This document shows, piece by piece, positions 57,321 through 64,000 of a stretch of DNA of 64,000 bases. Position 1 is the first letter of the stretch. Every line of letters starts with the position of its first letter. The notes below the pieces were generated by a model. The model saw only the letters and a list, made by a program, of their open reading frames with translations. It searched no databases and was not told the origin of the DNA. A program made the translations under genes and the position numbers. The DNA is from the human T2T-CHM13v2.0 reference genome, Homo sapiens. The DNA lies in assembly GCF_009914755.1 (NCBI RefSeq), contig NC_060937.1; one strand, 5' to 3'.

Positions 57321-57934
57321 TGGTAGGGGAAGCAAAATTTTATTACCATCTTCTTAGTTTTTTTTTTCCTCTGCTAAGCCTGAGAATTAAATTGATATAA
57401 GACAGATCAACAGGAAAATGCATACAAATTTATTTAATACATGTATTATGTGGCATGAGAGATTCTTTAAGGAAGGAAGACTCCATGACATAATCACTTA
57501 TGTTCTGAAGTAGACACAGAGTAGTAAATTGTGAAATATGACAACACAAAGGAGCTGGAACTAGTGTAGTTAATTGGGTGAAGAGGTGATTAACAGGATA
57601 AGGGTTGGTTTAACAAGGTATGTTTGTACAGGTTTCCCTTGCCTCAACTTCTCATCCTGGGTGATGAGACTGTTACTTTCCTTCTTGTATAAAGAGGGCA
57701 ACTTTCATGTAGAAATTTTACCTCCTACTTTTAAGAAAAAAGAAAATCAGAGTGCTTTAAAGGAAAATCAGAGTGCCTTAAAGGAAAATCAGAGTGCTTT
57801 AAAGGAAAGTCAGAGTGCTTTAAAGGAAAATCAGAGTGCTTTTCTTGCACCTGCTATTTTTCAAGTGTCTTTAACTCAAAAAAATCAATATGCCAAAGTG
57901 GCACGTTTCGGGGTATCTGGTTCTGAATTCCTTC
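57321..57934 (-). mobile_element. ERV1-type solo LTR (MER34/MER67-like)
   Basis: gacagatcaacagg...catacaaatttattt and atcaatatgccaaagtggcacgtttcgggg...attccttca. Confidence 0.65.
57742..57843. repeat. 21-bp minisatellite gaaaatcagagtgctttaaag, ~5 copies
   Basis: Units start at 57742, 57763, 57784, 57805 and 57826. Confidence 0.96.
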
Positions 57935-57984
57935 AGGAAAGATAGAAAGCAAAAGCAAAATAATAGGTTTAAAACTAAAAATAT

Positions 57985-58413
<429 letters not shown>

Positions 58414-59820
58414 CTAATAAAAGATATCTATGTAAAAACAATAGCTGGCATCATACTTAATGAAGAAAAATCAGTTTATTTCCCCCTATTTCAGGAACAA
58501 GATGAGTCCATTAACTCTTAGCACTTTGTTTTAACATTCCACTAGACGTTCTACCAAGTAAAATAGACAAAAAACATAAACAAAAGAATTACAGATAGGA
58601 AAGGAAAATGTAGATTGGTTTTATTTATAGACGGCATGTCTCTGTAGAAAGTCCACTGAAATCTACAAAAACACTGCTGGCTATAATAAGTGAGTTAGCA
58701 ACATAAAAAAGAAAAAAAGCAACATATTAAACTAATATTTCCATATACCAGCAATGAACAATAAAAAATTAAAATAAAAGTACTATTAATAATATCATGA
58801 AAAATGTAGAAGAATTAGGAATTAATCTATCAAATGATGTGAGTCTGGTACACTAAAACTCAAAACACTGCAGAAAGTTAAAGAAGACTTAAATAAATGG
58901 AAAGATGTAATATGAATATGGGTTAGAAAATTCACATGGTAAAATGTGATTATCCCTAAATATAGATTCAATACAATCCCAATTAAAATATTATTAGGCA
59001 TTGTTTATAGGAATTTACACACTAATTTTAAAACTTCAGTAGAAATGCAAAGAGTCTAAAATAGCCAAAATAATTCTTAAAAATAAGAATATTTTTGAAG
59101 GATTAGCACAATCTAATGCCAAAGCTTATAAGGCTACAGTAATGAAAATAGTGTGATATTGGCATAAAGATAGACAGAAATGTCATTGGAAGATAATAGA
59201 AAATTCAGAAATATATGTACAGAATTTTGGTAAATTGGTGTTCTCCAAAGATACAAAGGTAATTCAGTAAATAAAAGACAGCCCTTCAACAAATTCTGCT
59301 GGAACAATTAGATGCTCATATGCAAAAAGTAGAACTTTAACACGTAACTCATGATACAAAAATTAATTTAGTACAGATCATATGCCTAAATGTAAAATGT
59401 AAAAACAAAGTGAAAAAAAGGAAGAAAAATTACGTATAGGAGAAAATATAGAAAAGTCTTTGACCTCAATACTACTTAGACATGACACAAACACCATGTT
59501 TCATCAAAGTAGAAATTGACAACTCGAGTTCATCAAAATGTAAAACATATGTTCCTCAGGAAACACTGTAAAACAAATAGAAATATAAGACACTACTGAG
59601 AACAATATTTGCAAAATATATGTCTGGCAAAAAAGTTGTGTCCAGAAAATATAAGAACTCTCAAAACTTGATAATAAATGTAGCAACTCTAATAAAAGTA
59701 GGCAAATGGCTTAAATGAATACTTCTTCCCTAAAGAACATATGTAGATAGAAAGTAAACACATGGAAAGATCCTCAATATCATTAGTCATTAGGGAATTG
59801 ATCTGTGTCTGTCAAAAATG

Positions 59821-60460
59821 GGTTGGGTACAGTTGCTCAAGCCTGTAATCCCAGCACTTTGGAAGGTCAAGGCAGCAGGGTTTCTTGACCCCAGGAGTTA
59901 GAGAGCAGCCTGGGCAACGTAGTGAGATCCTGTCTCTACAAAAAAGAAAAAGACATGGCATGGTGTCTCTATTTAGCTAGGCATGGTGGCACATGCCTGT
60001 AGTACCGGCTACTCGGAAGCTGAGGTGGGAGAATCACTTGAGCCCAGGAGGTGGAGCCTGCAGTGAACTATGGTTGTGCCAATGCACTCCAGCCTGCGTG
60101 ACAGAGCAAGAACCCATCTCAAAAAAGAAAAAAAGAGGCCAGGCACAGTGGCTCACACCTGTAATCACAGCACTCTGGGAGGTCAAGGTGGGTGGATCAC
60201 CTGAGGTCAAGAGATCGAGACCAGCCTGACCAACATGGGGAAACCCCATCTCTACTAAAAATACAAAAATTAGCTGGGCATGGTGATGTGCGCCTATATC
60301 CCAGCTACTTGGGAGGCTGAGGCAGGAGAACTGTTTGAACCCAGGAGGTGTAGATTGTAGTGAGCCGAGATTGTGCCATTGCACATTGCACTCCAGCCTG
60401 GGCAACAAGAGTGAAACTTCATCTCAAAAAAAAAAAAAAAAAGAAAGAAAGAAAGAAAAA
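59821..60460 (+). mobile_element. Tandem Alus: AluJ (59821-60135) and AluS (60137-60460)
   Basis: The second Alu begins directly in the A tail of the first. Confidence 0.94.
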
Positions 60461-61084
60461 AGAATGGCTAAAGTTAAAAAGGCTGGCCATGCCAAGTGTT
60501 GGCAAAACTATAGAGGACAACCAACATACATGCACTGCTAATGGTAATGGAAATTAGTACAATGACTCTGGAAAAAGCCTTGTCAGTTTTTAAAATATTT
60601 TGACGTATGCACCTATCATATGACTGCCAATCAATTTGTAGGGAAATGAAAGTATATGTACATAAAAAACTTGTACCAAAACATTCACAGCACTTTTTTA
60701 TGGGAGAGAGGGGTTAATAGTGAAGAGCATGTAACAATCAAATATTCATTAACAGATGAATGAATAAGCAAGCTTTGATATATCCATATTTTGAAATACT
60801 ACAAGCAATAAAAGAAATGAAACTTTCATCCATACTATAAAATAGATTAATCTCAATAAATATGCTAATTAATAGAAGCCAGATCAAAAGAGAACAGTAT
60901 GATATCATTTATATAAAAAGAGGCATTAGAGCCTAGTAGTTAAGAGTGCAGCTTCTGGAAGCAAAATCCTTAGTATGATTTTGGCTCATTGTCTGCAGCA
61001 TTTATTTTATGTGCGCTCTTGAGGTTTTTACAGAAACAATATGCCTCAGTTTACTCATCTATATAATGACTATATCGATAGTCA

Positions 61085-61445
61085 TCTACTTTATAAAATA
61101 TAGTATTTTATAATGTAATACTTTATAATATATATTTGATATATATTTTAAAATGTCTTTATTATATTTTATAAAGTATAAATAATATAAAATAATGTCT
61201 ATAGTTGTTGACTTATAAAAATAAAGATTAAATAAACAAAAATATGTGAAGCACTAGTTTACTACCTAGAAAATGGTACATTTTAAATATTTTCATGATT
61301 GTAATAAATAAATGTATCCTTATAATGTTATTTTATTAATAATAAACAAAAATTTATTTTTAGAATAATGAATATTATAATTATTTTTATTTTTAGAATA
61401 ATAATGAATAATATTATTATAATAATATTATTATTCATTCTTATA
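61085..61445. repeat. AT-rich low-complexity region
   Basis: Directly visible; adjacent to a MIR remnant at ~60925-61080. Confidence 0.8.
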
Positions 61446-62024
61446 TACCTTTGAAAAATCATAGGGTAAGATGATTGAAATTCTGTGTATAGCATCTCAG
61501 CAGATGAGATATATAAGAAAGAACCATTGCACCCCCATTTACTTAAATCAGTTATAGTTTAAGTTGTTTGAAAAAAGTCATTTATTGGAATCACCACATG
61601 ACATCAATCAAGAGCAAAGTGTGTAGAATACTGTCAAGTTTTTCTCCAAGAATTTATTTCTGTTTTCAATTTGCAACTCACTGAAGCATTGAACATTTTA
61701 TGAGCTCTACAACTAACAATGCCTGGGAATTTAAATATTTTCCATGGAATATGATTACTTCAAATGAAAAAAAAGGAGCAGATATGATAATGAATAATTT
61801 ACCATGCGTATATGGTACAAAGTAGAATCTTTAAAAATAAAGACACAAACAGCAACAACCACAAAAACCTCAATTGTTTCTGCTTTTGTTCTATTTTTAG
61901 TGAACTTAAAATTTTAAGAGAAACTCTTTCTCCTTGTTTTTAACACATGTAGAGAGAGGTGTGGAATATTGTAAAGCTTTTTATCTGATTCGGCCTGAGT
62001 CTCAATAGATGAAGATTCATCGAG

Positions 62025-62825
62025 TTTAGTAGGCCGAATAGTTTTTTCTAAAAGATATGTGACGCGTTAATCCTTGGAATCTTTGAATATAATGACACGT
62101 TAAACAGTGAATATTACCTTATACGGCAATGCTTGTGATTAAGTTAAGGACTTTAAGGGAAGGGGCTTATTCTGAAATATACTCACGGGTCTCTAATTCA
62201 ATGACAAATGTTCTTTTTTTTTTGAGATGGAGTCTTGTACTTTCGCCCAGGCTGGAGGGGTGCAGTGGTGCGATCTCTGCTCACTGCAACCTCTGCCTCC
62301 CGGGTTCAAGCAATTCTCCTGCCTCAGCCTCCTGAGGAGTGGGATTACAAGCGCCTGCCATCATGCCCAGATAATTTTTGTACTTTTATTCAAGGAAGGG
62401 TTTCACCATGTTAGCCAGGCTGGTCTCAAACTCCTGACCTCAAGTTATTCGCCCTCCTCGGCCTCCCAAATTGCTGGGATTACAGGCATGAGCCACTGTG
62501 CCTGGCCTGACAAATGTTTTTTTAAGAGTGAGTCAGAGGGAGACTTGACACACAGAAGAGGAGGCAATGTGACCAGGGAGCAGAGATTGGAGTGGCGCAG
62601 CCCCCAGAAGCTGGGGAAAAGGAATGCTGGCATGAGTAAAGGAATGCTGGCAGCCCCCAGAAGCTGGAAGATCCACAGAATGGATTCTCTCTAGGGACCT
62701 CAGAGCGAGTGTGGCCCCACTGTATTTAGGACTTCTAGCCTCTAGAACTGTTTTAGAATACATTGCTGTTGTTGAAGTCATTTAGTTTGTGTCAATTTGT
62801 TGTGATAGCCTAGGGAACTAATATA
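62025..62825 (+). mobile_element. MLT1C/D LTR interrupted by an Alu
   Basis: gtgaatattacctta...gtgattaagttaagga...gacttctagcctctagaactg...gggaactaatata. Confidence 0.85.
62214..62507 (-). mobile_element. AluS
   Basis: Reverse dimer; TSD tgacaaatgtt. Confidence 0.95.
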
Positions 62826-62947
62826 ATGAAGCATGGAGAGAGAGAGAGAGAGAGAGAGAGGATAAAAGGTGAAAATCATGTGCCAAAACTAAAGAAAAGA
62901 GATGCTGACATTTGTGATTAAATAGAATAATTGCACTATTTAAGATT

Positions 62948-63052
62948 AATCACTTGAGCCTGGGAGGTGGAGGCTGTAGTGAGTCATCATGGTGCCACTG
63001 CATTCCAGCCTGCATGACAGAGAGAGACTCTGTCTTAGGAAAAAAAAAAAAT
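62948..63052 (+). mobile_element. Alu 3' fragment
   Basis: aatcacttgagcctgggagg...actctgtct plus A tail. Confidence 0.85.
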
Positions 63053-63199
63053 TAAGGTGGTCCAGAATGCCCCCAAGGATAAAATGCAAAGATGATCTTG
63101 CCCCATGTATGTTTTAGCATACTACTTAGGTACTATTTATTTTTTAATTATCTCCTTTTTACATTTTGACAATTTTATCCCAGTGGTCAAGCCTTGTAT

Positions 63200-63323
63200 T
63201 AGAAAAGACAGAAAGAAGGAAAAGAAAGAAGGCAGGAAGGAAGGCAAGGGGAAGGAAAGGAAGTGGAAGGGAAGGGGAAGAGAAGGGGAAGAGAAGGGGA
63301 GGGGAAGGGGAGGGGAGGGGAAA
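63200..63323. repeat. Polypurine (GGAA/GGGGA) tract
   Basis: Directly visible. Confidence 0.92.
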
Positions 63324-63531
63324 CGTTGCTTTGGACAGAATAAATGGGTAAGGGTTTCTATTTTAATTAGATTAAGATTAATTAGATTAAACCTCTGAGG
63401 AAGTCTTACTTGAGCTGAGAAACTAAATATGAGAGGGAGGAGTACCACTGCATTGGTTATAGATGGGGTAGAAGTCTACAAAAGAGTTCATTGAGGAATA
63501 GAGTAGTAAATAAGTGACTTAATGAGTTTGT

Positions 63532-63943
<412 letters not shown>

Positions 63944-64000
63944 TCAATAATATTAACAGTATCAATCTGCCACTAATAATTATTTAAGAAAAGTATTTTT

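Noticed and set aside
57742-57843. CRISPR-like repeat array
   Set aside because: The units are contiguous with no unique spacers, there are no cas genes, and the context is a primate LTR.
63105-63448. Lys/Arg/Gly/Glu-rich and Pro/Phe-rich ORFs
   Set aside because: Translations of the polypurine tract.

Overview
This is AT-rich primate genomic DNA (human-like, with AluY and L1PA3), made mostly of interspersed repeats: LINE-1 copies of several ages, about 20 Alu copies or fragments, MaLR/ERV LTRs (MLT1, THE1, LTR12, MER57, MER4, MER21), DNA-transposon fossils (Tigger1, MER6, MER8, MER58), L2/MIR and microsatellites. It looks intronic or intergenic. The only ORF with a recognisable protein is the C-terminus of L1 ORF2p (1-894), plus a short ORF2 remnant at 41502-41786. 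The other listed ORFs are repeat or low-complexity artefacts, or short ORFs with no supporting evidence. I see no rRNA, tRNA, CRISPR array or cellular CDS, and no evidence for a new multi-gene biological system. The items worth checking are a 66-nt candidate exon, two local duplications, a 21-bp VNTR inside an LTR, a perfect AT-rich inverted repeat, G4/Z/H-DNA tracts, and rearrangement-like junctions at about 52.7 and 55.5-56.0 kb. Repeat family names come from recalled consensus sequences, not from a search, so subfamily calls and edges are approximate.
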